This document shows positions 49,101-62,200 of a DNA stretch of 64,000 nt, one piece after another. The notes below the pieces were generated by a model that was not told the DNA's origin, ran no database searches, and saw nothing but the letters and a program-made list of their open reading frames with translations. Source of the DNA: Magallana gigas (taxonomy: Eukaryota); NCBI RefSeq assembly GCF_963853765.1, contig NC_088854.1:22754001-22818000 (forward strand), given 5' to 3'. How positions within the stretch are numbered: position 1 is the first letter of the stretch; every line of letters begins with the position of its first letter. The translations under genes were made by a program, and so were the position numbers.

Positions 49101-50525
49101 TATTTCTATCAACGACTGGCGAAAGTAATATCAGAGGCAGTGGAGCAGAGAGACTTCATGAAATAACAAGTCACAGAAATGCAATTTACAGGAAATGTAG
49201 AATATAATATAACACAGCATGGCATGGATACATCTTACAAAAATAGAACCGTGGCATTACAGCCTTAGAGTGGGACAAAATTAAAGTCGCTGAACGAAGC
49301 CTTCCCCGTGACGCGATACAATGTAAGCCTGGGTGCAATAGGAGATGGTTATAGAATTACACAGACATGTACTTTATGATTTACATCAAATTAATGTATA
49401 ACGTCTGCAAAGGTTGTTTCAGGCGCTAAGATTTGTACTTCTGTTAGTGGTACACTTTAAAACAGTATTGTTTCAGACATTAACCCCTTTATATATAATC
49501 CTTGGTTACTTACCAATTAATGCAGTTAATACATTCATTGCATTGGCTATAAAATAGTTGTCGTATGTACACACTTTTATTTTAAACCAACAATAAGTTA
49601 AACAACTTGAATGCAACCCCCTACACGTCTCTTTCCTACCCACCATCAATCCACGCACAATAATTGAAAACATAAAGAAAAATGCAGTTTTAATCAAATA
49701 GTTTTATCTTCTTGCAATCACTAGCTGTATATGACGTCAAAATGACGTGTGTGTTTTTTTTGCCATTTGGACAAAGTGGAACATCGTTATTCCTATAAAC
49801 GTCAATGTTAATCTTTCTTTTTTCAAGTACAGATTTGAAGCTAATTTTTCCGCCAGTAATTATTCTGCGATATATAAAGATACATGTAGATGTACACATA
49901 TCTTTTTTCAAGCTTGAGCTCAATGTTTCTTAGAAGAAAACCGTTAGAAAAAAGCAATGTTATTTATTAAAGTCTTCAAAGACGGGAATCCTATATCAAT
50001 TTTAAGATTAGGGTTAACTTTATGATTTTTTTAAATTTGAGGACATTTGAATTCATTGAAAATCATGAAAAAATTATTAACATGTATCTGATTGATAATC
50101 ATATGGAGTTAATCAATGGCACTCATTTTAAGACCTTGTCATACTTTGTAATGTTATCACATCACATTTACTCAATGCATTTTGTATCGTTTGATATACA
50201 GTAGAAAGAAAATGAAAGCAAAGTGTTATGGAGTTGAACAATAATGTACCAAGACACACACAGTTATTCACATATGTTTTGTACATACTCGTATCTATGA
50301 TAGGCAGTGTTAGTTTAACATTTAGAAAATAACACTTCTTTTTTTAATATGATATATATACGTTTTATAAGTGTGCCGTTCGTATAAATTATACATTAAT
50401 ACCTGGATAGAGCATGTGTGATAGAAATGAAAGCCGTGGGTTTTTCAACCCAGAATGAAAAAAGGACCAAAGTAAAAAAAAAATTGAGAAAGTTATTAAA
50501 GTTGATGTTAAAGATAGACTTGTGA

Positions 50526-50533
50526 TGACGTCA
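50526..50533. promoter_or_regulatory. Perfect CRE palindrome ~80 bp upstream of a candidate first exon
   Basis: ATGACGTCAT immediately before a GC-richer block (50550-50821). Function is inferred. Confidence 0.4.
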
Positions 50534-50610
50534 TGAGAAGAATAAACTTACAAAGATGCTCCTTCGGAGGTTTCGGGTACTACCGTTTCATGTGCAGATG
50601 GTGTTGAGGA

Positions 50611-50821
50611 ATGGGATGTCAGGTGAATCGTGTGCTCCAACCGTTCACCGATTTCAGAACCTCTCCTAAGAGTGCTTCGTCTCCTACCGGAAGTGAGAGC
50701 AGTAGTCGCGGCAACGTCACTAAAGAAACGGACCATAGACGGCATGACGGTCGTGAATGGTGTTCATTCCTCACCAATTACTATTTCGTACGAGGGAAGT
50801 GTTCGAAAACAATCCGTATGA
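50611..50821 (+). CDS. Candidate first coding exon of an unidentified gene (MGCQVNRVLQPFTDFRTSPKSASSPTGSESSSRG...KTIRMR)
   Basis: Locally GC-rich, 70 open codons from ATG to an AG|gtatgc donor (phase 2), with an in-frame stop upstream. No recognisable domain and no phase-compatible downstream exon found. Confidence 0.33.
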
Positions 50822-53157
50822 GGTATGCTTTTTTGCACAGTTTCAGTTAAAGTTAGAAATACACCTCTTCACCTAAGGAAGCTCTCCAAGAACTTTCGCC
50901 TTTGGTTTAGTAGAATTCTTTTCTTATCAGAAAGCACCGAACAAATTCGGATGATATCTATCCGAATATAAGACCCTTTCGATATAGAAATCTGGATTTT
51001 TTTATGTGCAGAAATCCTTAAGCGATATAACTGCGGAAGAGAGCAAACTATCGGTCAGACGGCTTCACAAAGTTTGATCGATGCTTGTTATATCTTAAAG
51101 AGATACATAAACACTTCATTATTTGAAGCCTCTGTTTTGCGTTGATGCTACCCTGCAAATATTTATCAGATTGTATTCATTTTTTTTTTCAAACGGAAAT
51201 CCCATAAATCCCTGGACAGCTACAACGATAGCATACAAATGCCTCTGCCATTAAACTCCAAGAATAGTTCTTAAACATGGCGATCAATTTCCTCTCAGGG
51301 TGTAACAAGGGTTCTCTCAATCAGAATCGAAATCCTTTTGACAAACACATCTTTAATTCTTCTCTAAGATGAACTTGCCAATGACCCCATCATTGGCATC
51401 GCTCGGATCATCTTTACGTGTAACCCAAACTTGCACACTTGTATTTCAATCACAGAAAAAGGCTTTATTCCAAAGGTCTTTTTAAAACAGGAAACTAAAG
51501 TATTTTCTCTATCTCTGATCTGACAGTTGTTTAAGAAATCCTTGTCATTGCATCTGCACATGTGATGAAAACCATAGTCGAGAAATCGAGGAGTATTTGC
51601 ATGAAAGTGAGCCTGTTTACGCAATGATCAACTCCATTACGATAACTCCTTTAGATGCAAAGAGAAGAGGTAGCAGAAAAGCAGATGGGTTTGAAATAAC
51701 TTCTATGGGAAACTAACGACACACTCAAATTCTAAGCTGTGGGGTCAAAAACAATTAATCATTTATGAAGTGAAGGAATTTATACGTTATCTTTTGCAGG
51801 CAGACATCATCACACGCAGCACTTAGGCTGTGAAAATACGATCTTTTTTCTCCGCGGTGTAGAATCCCCTCACGCTGGCAAAAACGATGTTCGATTTCTA
51901 TACATTTACATTTTAGTTCATTATATCATAACGTTTTTATTTACCACCTTAGAAAAAGAACGCTTAAATGAACAATTTCGGCAATTACACTGCATGGCAC
52001 TTAGCGTTTGTCAGAGAAGGAGGTTTAATAGCACAAATGCCTATTTATTACAGGCATTTGCCTGCAACATATTCTAGAAATATGCGGGACCATTTTGGAG
52101 TTTGGCTAGAGGTTGACAGACAATCAATATATAAAGATATTAAGTGCACATAGATTGTCAAATCTTCTGTGACCAAACAACGGGCACACATAATCTTCCT
52201 ACATTAATCATTTATTAAAAAATTAATAATCGTCCGCACACTGGACCCGATGTTTAATGACATCCCGATCCCGATTAAGTGGAGGTGAGATCCTGGAAAC
52301 GTCGATGGGATGCATTATTTAGAATCTCGGGTTTATAGTTTAATATAAAAAAATTCAAGTAAAGACAAGATCTCACAATATTTTTTTCATATTATTCTTA
52401 TTCATTATTATTGTATTTCATTCTCCATACATTCAAACATAATGTGTTTTCCGTGGTCATGGCATAGCGATTTAATGTTAATTTTGTAACATGTTAAATT
52501 CTAACAGATGATTAAAAGATATCAAATACAATAGGCAACATGTTTCATGTACTGACAAAGTCATATATATGTACATGCGCATGTAGTGCAAGAGTATAGA
52601 TTTCTTATTTTAAAAAAAGGGACAAGGGGTTTCAAAACAGATGGTGGCCAATATGTCAAAATTACATTACAATAAGAATATTGGGTCAATGTGGTGACTA
52701 TTGCGATTGTAAATATGTTGTATCTTAGTTTTTAATAGATTTTGTATGCATCCTAATGGTGTTATTATTGATCGATTGATGACGAGCGTTGATGAGTGTT
52801 AAAGATTTGTGACTGCGTTGACGAATACTGATCGAGTACCAAAAACAACGCCGGTTAATTACTACCCGGTATGTCAGGACAAAGAAAGTAATACCCAGAA
52901 AATGAATAAAGCTGCACATAAATTTTATAACGAATAGGTTAAAAAAAACATTTGATATTTTTTACAGGTATTTTAAATGAAACGATTAAGAGAAGTGAGA
53001 AGTAACAATAATCCGACAACAGAAATACTGAGTACATATTTGTCTGTTTCCCCTTTCTGTATGCTTCGCATGTATTTCATTTTCTCTTGGTTTGAATACC
53101 TGATGACAAAAATAATCATTGGAGAGATAGACATTACTGACTAGGTTTTGAGATTTC

Positions 53158-53160
<3 letters not shown>

Positions 53161-53208
<48 letters not shown>
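53161..53208. repeat. (AG)24 microsatellite
   Basis: Direct reading. Confidence 0.95.
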
Positions 53209-53210
<2 letters not shown>

Positions 53211-56200
53211 TCAAGGTGATGTATTTACAGGTATACATGTAGATATGCTGATATGATGGTATCTCATTCAGCTTTACCAAGCTTCTTTTTGGCCATTATA
53301 TTTGAATATTTATACATCTTATCTGTTTTTCCAGACGTGTAAAAGATAACGGTTTTGTCATTCGCTGCAGGTTTCTGAAAATGATCGGTTGCAATAAAAG
53401 CTAAATGGACATTCCAATCGGTTTATTAACCTCTATAGAAATCCCAAACTTTTGTTTTACTGAAAGAGTTTGGGTGGTATTGAATGGATCATTATTAGTA
53501 AAAAGCTTTCATAAATATTTAAAGTAGTTGGAGTTGAAAGATTTTTTTTACATATATGTTTTGAATTCGCAAGATGTGTGTTTTGCGTTTGAAAATTTCA
53601 AATACATACCATATATATTACATATCTTATAGAACTATTTCAACCGTTTTTAGCTATGATGTAAGAGAATAATTATATCAAATTAATGACTAGTATTTGT
53701 ACTTAATCGTAAATTACTTAATACATGATTTTTCCATTTATCAGTATTAAGCAACCATTTTGAGACATGAAACTGGGAATGTGGTGGTGATGATTTTTGA
53801 ATGATCGCCTAAATGACCTGATCTCTACAGTGAAATTGCTAGCAATTCATCATAAAAAAGCGCCAAGCCGTCATCTTCCTTCTCGGCTCAACCCCGACAG
53901 TTTTTCTACCACCTATGGTAAGATTTTCCGGGAAGCCTGTGGGTCCCGTGTCCTATTTCACCTGCTACCGGTTCATCCTATAGGAAAGCTTGTATCGATT
54001 TCCGAAACAACAAGCTGATACTTTGAAAACCTAAATCTGGACTTGGCTGTCGAGATTGTATCGTTAAAAGATTTGCTTAAGCATCAAAGCTAGATAGACT
54101 CTAGTTTGCATTTTTTTTTAAACAAAGCTCTATTTAAATCAATGAAATATGCTTTTAAGCGGAGAACATTGACATTTTGTCTTACAACACAACAAAAGCT
54201 AATATTGCTTAGAGTTTTACTGTATTTATTTTTTTTAATTGTCTACATGTAAAAGTGAGAAGAAAATGGGACAGAAGTCGAGTAGTTTTGTTTGAAAGTT
54301 TAGTTGATTTTAAGTTATTTCACATATAGTTTTATAGATTTACATCGTTCGAAAATGATTCAGAAACAAGAGTGAAAAAAAAACGAAACAAAATACACAT
54401 AAAAATTGTCGAAAGGAAAAAAATATTAACATATCGTTTTAAATACTAAACAACACAATGCATAGTTGCACTCAGAGGTATTGCCAAAATCTAAACAAGA
54501 TAGAACGACATCGGAATGATTCTTTCTACCCTACGAACTACTTTTGAAATGCATTTATCAGACAAACACTGACTGCTTTGGTCTAACAATATACGCGTTA
54601 TCTATCAGAGGATATAAATGCCGAGTTATGCATCTTGTATGCTATCGCTGCCATAGGCGTATGCACAATAAGTGCATAGAGAGTTTGATTATAACTGTGC
54701 CATTCATGCTTTAACATTTAAAATATTTGGTCTGCAGTTTCTGCAATTGTTCTGTCTACATTTTTCATGAGCTGTATTTTAAGGTTCAATCTGCATCTTA
54801 TAAGGGAAGCAACCCTTCGACACCAAGATTTTGTCGCATTGTTTAAAAAAGTCTAGGGTAGCACGACCCTTACGTCGAGTGTACTCGATACAATTTTCTA
54901 ATTTATCAATAATATTAAAAATAGAAAAGTAAACTTTAGCGGTACTATAAAATCTGAAACTCTTTCTTTTGATTCTCTTCCTTTCGTTATAAGTGAAGTT
55001 TCTCGTTAAAAAAGAAACATTTTACGTTTGAAGTAACGAGTCTATGAATTGAATTGCCAAATTCATATCACTAGTACCTTAGAGAAAAAATAAGTTACAT
55101 CAAAGTAAATTATTAATCTTTTGATGCCTCGTAAATTTTTTGAAATGCATGAAATTACATTTTATGATTAAGGTTAACCACAGAATTTTTTGGCTCGAAA
55201 CATGCATGTGACATAATACTTGTGCTTTCCGTTTTTTCTCTTATGAATCCCTTTTTGTCGGGAAATTGTAAAAAAAAAATCTACTTAGGCTTTTGCAAAA
55301 TCGCATACGTCATTCCAAACACCCTTAGGATTATAAATTTAATAATCTTTCTTGACTATTCGTATTTGATTTGCAATCATGCTTTTCGACGCAAAACAAA
55401 TAAAAATACAATAGGATATCTCTTAGCTGTCATCGAAATATATTTGATATTTGAGGTTAGGGGTGACACCACGAATCGATAGAAAATACATTTGAGTTTT
55501 GACGTATGAGAAGGGTAATAAATAAACTCACTATTCCAGAAAAGTCGTAGTATTGAAACCTAGTTTAAAGCAAGGAACGACTACTTTTAAATATGAATCG
55601 CTCACTAGCCATATGTTACACAAAAAATTCCAATACAAATACATATCTTAGTATTACTAAACACATGAACAATTACATAACTTCCCAGAAAGATAAATGA
55701 TTGCGACAAACTTTTTTTTATAATAGGAAAACCCAACAACATTTATTAGAAAAATTATATGAAAGTGAATTTGAAACACAAGCAATGTATGGTTGTTTAT
55801 ATTCTAAAGTTTGGTTAACTTAAGATGGTGGTAAAATCCAACGTTCAAACCGGTTTGGCTTGAACAATACTTTTTGTTTTTGATCATATTTTACTGTAAC
55901 ATATTGATTACAATGGGATTGGGCACAAGCTTTATAACGTATGTAGCCCTCTTCCTAATTTAAACCGGTATTGTGTATTAATAGTAGGCCTCAATTACAT
56001 TCTTCTCTCAAAGCCATGTCATTGGTACATTATTTGAGGTACATGTCATACATACATGTAAGTATATATAAATAAACATGCACTCAGCGTATTATAAAGT
56101 GTATTTCATACCCCTCCCCCCTCCCACCTTCCCACCTTTCCCGTTATATTTTAATTCTGGCACACACCTACTATTTATGTCATAAATATAATAGGTACTT

Positions 56201-59200
56201 AGTGTGTTATTACAATGTCTATGATAAAAATTTATAATGCTTCATAAATATTCATATACAGGTATATCAACAATATGCAAAACTAACAAAAGTACATGAC
56301 ATATTAAGTGATTTTTACATTTTGATGTTCATATGAAAAAAGGAAAAATTATTACTACAAAGTGAAATTTGCGAATTGGCAAAATAATTGTTCATGTATA
56401 CGCATCTATATAGTTGAAGCTAGGTCAGAAGAGTTTGGGGTCAAGAGTACATATGCTAATCAACATGTTAATGTAGTTTATTTTTTCACATGAACAAACA
56501 CCAGAGATTATTGAAATGAAAATTGAGTGATGACTCTTCTACGGTTGTATACTTGTAGATTTATAATCGATTTTAGAAACTCTACCATTATAGTCTGGGA
56601 TTTCCGACATCCTATCCTGCAGTTATTACGTCATTTAACATCACGTACTCTACACAAGAAAAATCTGTCATAATAATTCAATCATTTTCTATATTTAGAT
56701 ATCGTATGAAAAGATGGAAACCATTGGCATCATATCCTTAGAATTAATTATGGCTAAAAGGTCGCTCAACCTGCCTTCACGCCAGCCAATTAATTTATGA
56801 ATTTTTTATTATGGTGATGTCAATTTTTAAAATGTGACTATAATTCTTTTTAGTTCTCTTTTTTTAAAATGAAAAATGATTGAAATTTATAATTTAGTAA
56901 AAAAAAATTAAATAAAAAGACTTAGTTTACCTTTCTTATCTTAAAAAAAAGAAACAAAAAGTGCCTGATGATGGATAGTTAGAGAAATCACCATTTGATT
57001 ATGTTATTATTAATTGAAAACAAAAATTCAACTAATGCAATAGAAATGTTATTATCCTCTTTATCTGTGGATGAATAATTTGATAAACTGTTATTGATAC
57101 AGAGATGGTAAGTTTATATAAGAATTAAATGTGACATTTTGAATGAAAAATGTCTCAATAATAAAGCTAAAAGTTTATGGGTTGAAAGTTACATTTTCTT
57201 TTTCTCTATTTCCCGGAGAGTTTGACTGTGTAACTTTCTTTAAGGGACTGCACAGGTGTTGAACTATAAAAGCCTATAATATATATATGAACCAAAAAAA
57301 AGGATAATTATACAACTATTTCTACAATGTTCTTTAGTTTGAATCAAGAGGATCAGAAAATTTCACTTTGGCTGGAACTTGTAGACCATTTATTTCATTT
57401 CATTAAATAATTTAATTAAATTTCAAGTTCTCTCTAATGTCCTATTACTGGAAAGACTTGTCGGTGAAGTGCATTTTAAGTCACACGTTTAATTAATGAT
57501 ATTAATGCTGAGTACCATTACAAGATTATATGAATATCAGTTTCAATAGAAACCGAAATGTTATACATGTACCATATCTTTTTATTTGTTGTCAGCGGAG
57601 CCAAAAGCGAGATTACCATTTTCACAGAAATTCTCGAATTAATTCTACACATTGCCAGTACATTGACGTCCATTCTACGATGGCCTTTTCATGCATTCAA
57701 CAGGACATAACTATCTCGACGAATGGCTATGCAATGCACAAGAAGAATACTGGCTGAATTTTAATTAATAAACAGTTTTCAATCCACATCAGAGACAAAG
57801 ATCGTGAGTAAGAGAAAAAAAGGGTTTTGTTTTTGTACCTTAAACCTTAGATTAATCACTCGGTTTATCGATCAAGCAGCTAGTTTATATTTGCTACAAA
57901 GGCGGCGGTTTCCCCTCAAGTCATCGGTTTAAATCTGGGTTTTTATTTGGACAATCAGTCAGATTGGGTCAGCGGTGATAGCTTTGGTGACGTGTACGAC
58001 AATCTTCGTCATCAGGCTCGAACTCCTGCCCGAGTACTAAGAGATTTGTGATGCCCGTTTTATGCCCATATTTGTTCTCATAACAGATGCACAATATGTA
58101 CATTAGTTAATGCGATTAGCAATAACTTAAGTGGGACTAAAAAAAGGAATCGGCGCTTGTGATGTTGCGCTCAGTCAAGGCAATCAAATCTGCATCGATA
58201 GCTTTTAAGATCTTCATCGTCTTGGAATTTCAGTTTTATGGTTCTTCCTCAAACAAATTGACGTAAAAAGTCCAGTTTGAGTTTTCCACTATCTTAAGAC
58301 AAATAATGAGATGGAATAATCAAAGGCCATATTCATGGCGGTGTTTGTTCATTAACAGGTTTGTCATGTAGACGGTTTTAAGGTTTTCTCGTCATAATAT
58401 TTCGGGAGACATGGGAAAATAACTTTATGTTGAGGTATTAAACGAGACTTCTTTTAAAAACCACTTTTAATGACGTAGACATAATAAATTATGCAATTAA
58501 ACAGCATAGCATCTAAACATTGATAGTTGAGTTTTACTATCCGAAAAGAATAAATAAAGCTTGATTAAATTTATATATATATAAATGAGTTAATTATAGT
58601 TAACTCATTAATTTATGTAAATTGTATCGAATTTTAACTATAATATTTTCATGAATGCATTCATGAGATCGTTATTTTCAGTAAAATACAGCGTAAATCA
58701 TTTTCAAAGAATATCAAAATTAACTGTGCATCTGTCGTTGAATTGTTCTATTTTTTCTAACATTAAAAAAAGTATTGATCATTACAAGTAGAAAAGCTTT
58801 TCAGATAAACCACATCTTCCGGGTGTACTTTATCGTGACGTCTTCGTTGTTAAAAGATGCGACCACAAATCATGCATCCTTAAGTTCTGGGATATGAATG
58901 CCTTAAATGCCTGCGTAATGCATCTAAATGCATCCACAAGATTTATTGAATTTTCAATTAGTTGTGTGCTTAACTCAAACAATTGTTCATAGCTGTTGCC
59001 AGTGCAACACCACCGCAAGCTAGTGATGTAAGCACACAAAAGTTATCTTTCTTGCAGCGGTTAACTCCGGGAACAGTTGGTTGGTGTAAAACGCTTGCTC
59101 AAATATTTACAGAATCTTTTTATCCTCGTATTTATAGAAATTCCCGTCTGAAATTGTTTGTTGCAGTAATGACCAATTTTGTACCTTTCCTCAACAAACA

Positions 59201-62200
59201 ATCAATTTGCTTAATGTGTGTCCGTCTATTTCTAATTTAAAGATATGTTCCCCGATCATGCAACAGCTTTTTTACAGTACGGTATTGGGTATTTGAAAAA
59301 TGATCGCATAAACATTATATCGTACTAATACCATTCTTAACAACTGGTGGGGCCTTTGAAGCAGTCAGTTGCCGACAATGCTGCAGATACCGATGACAGA
59401 GCCATATCCTTGAAACTATACTCCTAACACACCAGAAGACATTAAAAAATCCCAGTCAATCAACGCAATTCAAAGTTTTAAAATGTTATCATATACAGGC
59501 GACAGATGCAAAGCGCACAAGATGTAAACTATACCGTAAATCTGCCAAACGACGTGTAATAAAAACACTCCCAAACAGTCTTAAAGCAAAGTGAAACACA
59601 TGTAAGGGGTCAGGCAATAATAATGGTCTCGTAAACTGACAATGTGAACGTTTCTGCCAAAACTATAGGTGAAGATAATCAAGTTCTGCAGAATTAAGCC
59701 ATCGAAGTGCAAGTGAAAGGCATCTTGCATATATTTTGATTTGTCAACAAAATCTGGACGAAATTCCAAACTATAATGAAAGACCAGTTGTCTCATAATT
59801 TTTACAATAAATCCGTTTCTGCCACCTTGCTTACGTAACTGCCAAGAAAAGTACAAGTTTTCTGTCACTCTAATGCATTTGTAATTGATGGAAGAAGATA
59901 TATGAAGATGCTTCTTTGCATCAATTTGAAAACACGTGTTCTGAAGTTTTTTACTATCATTTATCTCGTAATAACTTTTGTCTGTTTCCAGTAACGATTT
60001 GAGAAGTTTTATTCAAAGGAATGGTACATGTATCATACACGCACGTGATACTTTTCAGTTGGTATGACGTCGTGCTGCGTGATATTCAGTTTGTTTTGGC
60101 CTCATTAAATAAAGTTTTAATGATGCATTCAAAGAGAATTGGCAAGGATGTTATACAAAATATCTGAAGTGAATTTAAAAGAATTAACTTTTTTATATCT
60201 TGATTTTAGAACTACGAAAGAATCCCTTTTCTTTATACAGATTAAATTTTCTTTCCTTTAAAATAAAACCAGACAAACACAATTAATGTTTGTCGAGCAA
60301 TCGACGAGATACGATGATGGTATTAAATAAATTTATATCTTGATCAGGCATAATGATTTTCATATCATCCGGCAAATCATACCATTATCAACGATAAGAT
60401 ACGACAAAGAGTCGATTTCTTGTATTTTTTTAATATCACAAAGAAAAATAACTGTGGTAGTTGAAATAAAATAGCAAATGTGCTTTCAGAGGATAGATGA
60501 AGTTTGAAGGTAATTAATTGCTTTGTCGTGCCTTCATCCTCTGCAGTCTGTTCTCTCCCTCTTACAAACTATTCAATTCTTTCCGTGGGCAGTAGTTGCT
60601 TCGATTTGCGCGACATAACAAATGTGCAGGTAGGGATATAAAGATCGACGGATCGGAAGTACAGATTGTTCATTGATTGAAAAATAGCATCTTGGGTTTC
60701 CGTTGTCATTTACTCCGAGGACCGTAGTATGAAAGCGCCTCGTTGGAAATGATAATCATTGCCACAATCTGGCGTAGGTTCCAGCGTGTCTATGCGTAAT
60801 AAAAAATACAGAAAAAATCAATTTCTGAGATTATCCTTTGTTTTTTTTATGTCTTAGACGTCTTACTTCCGGTCAGAATTGCAGTTAACCTTGATTGGAT
60901 ATGCATGCCTTAAGTCTGCTTAATAAATAATTTATTTTTCGTCATTTAATTTATTTCTTATAGTCATAATTCACTTTTTTTCCTTTGAAAGGAAGTAAAA
61001 AGCAAAGCCGGTAACGATTTGATATTTCATGTTATGTCATATTTATGACGTTTCTTAACAAATCAGGTGATAATTTACAAAGATTCGTTTAAAACAAGTG
61101 GGACCAAAATATACCCGAAGGCTTAAATGAAGTCTGGAAATATTCAAATATGTCAAAACTACTAGTCCAAGACCTTTTGAATCACCAGAGGTGATTCATA
61201 ATTCAACATGAATCATAAGAGAAAGCAGAGGTGCATTAAGGTACACATGTTTCGATTTCAAACCCCACGTGTTTTATTGAAATGCATTAAATGCCCTTCT
61301 TTTGGGAGAGTCCCGCAAATGCATGCACGTACCGCCTCCTTAATAATTCAAGAAAACATCTAGTCAATGACCATAAAATCAATAACTACAACAAAGAACT
61401 ATATAAACTGGAAGAAGGGTCGAAGGTCAAATCCATACTGACAGCGTGGTATATACTTATTTAATGTTGAACATATCAATAGTAATGAGTGTATAAATGG
61501 ATGCCATTAATTTTAACTTGACACCAAGAGATCAATTACGCGCTTCTTATGAGCTTAAATTAGGTAGAATAAATGTGGGTTTTAGTCTGGTAGCAAATTG
61601 TCTGTACGTTTGCAAACAGATGGAAATATGGAATAATGTTTTGCAAAAGTATATTATCGTGAGATTTATGAGTGAACGCTTCATTGAAATCGAAATTCCT
61701 CCAAGCTCAGGGTTATCACATTAACGAGTTAGGAACTTTGCATGTATCCTTGGTAATTAGCCATACCACATGCTAATAGGTGCAAGGAATGATTCGTGCT
61801 AAAGTTTTACCCATAATCTAAATAAATTATATCATAACGGGATTTCTCTAGATCTTCAGTAATACGTTTTATTTTTTTATTAATTCACTTAGATCAACGT
61901 TGATGATCGGGTTATTTTTAACCGCGATATTTTTTTCTTTAAAAAAGCAAAGAACCACATGCCATTTTTTCATAATAACACAAGCAAGAGCCTTCCCAGC
62001 ATAAACAATTAATGGTTGTCGAAAAAAAATCTCAGATAAGACAGGATGAGCTCGATAGTCGATATGTCACGGTGTATCTATGCTCATCCGAAAAAAAAAT
62101 AGTCCGAGATTTTCACCACATGGAAAAAGATTTTGGTGATTTAACGATAAATATTTATCTATGAATTATGCTCTATGCTGTCGTTTTATGACTGATTTCG

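Noticed and set aside
57105-57809. Plus-strand ATG|gtaagt at 57105 and an 11-nt micro-exon candidate at 57793-57803
   Set aside because: Could not be linked to any phase-compatible open exon.
58012-58029. B-box-like GAGTTCGAGCC hairpin on the minus strand
   Set aside because: No A-box and no tRNA fold.
62044-62089. Short GGATGAGC...GCTCATCC hairpin
   Set aside because: Only 46 nt with bulges; within chance expectation.
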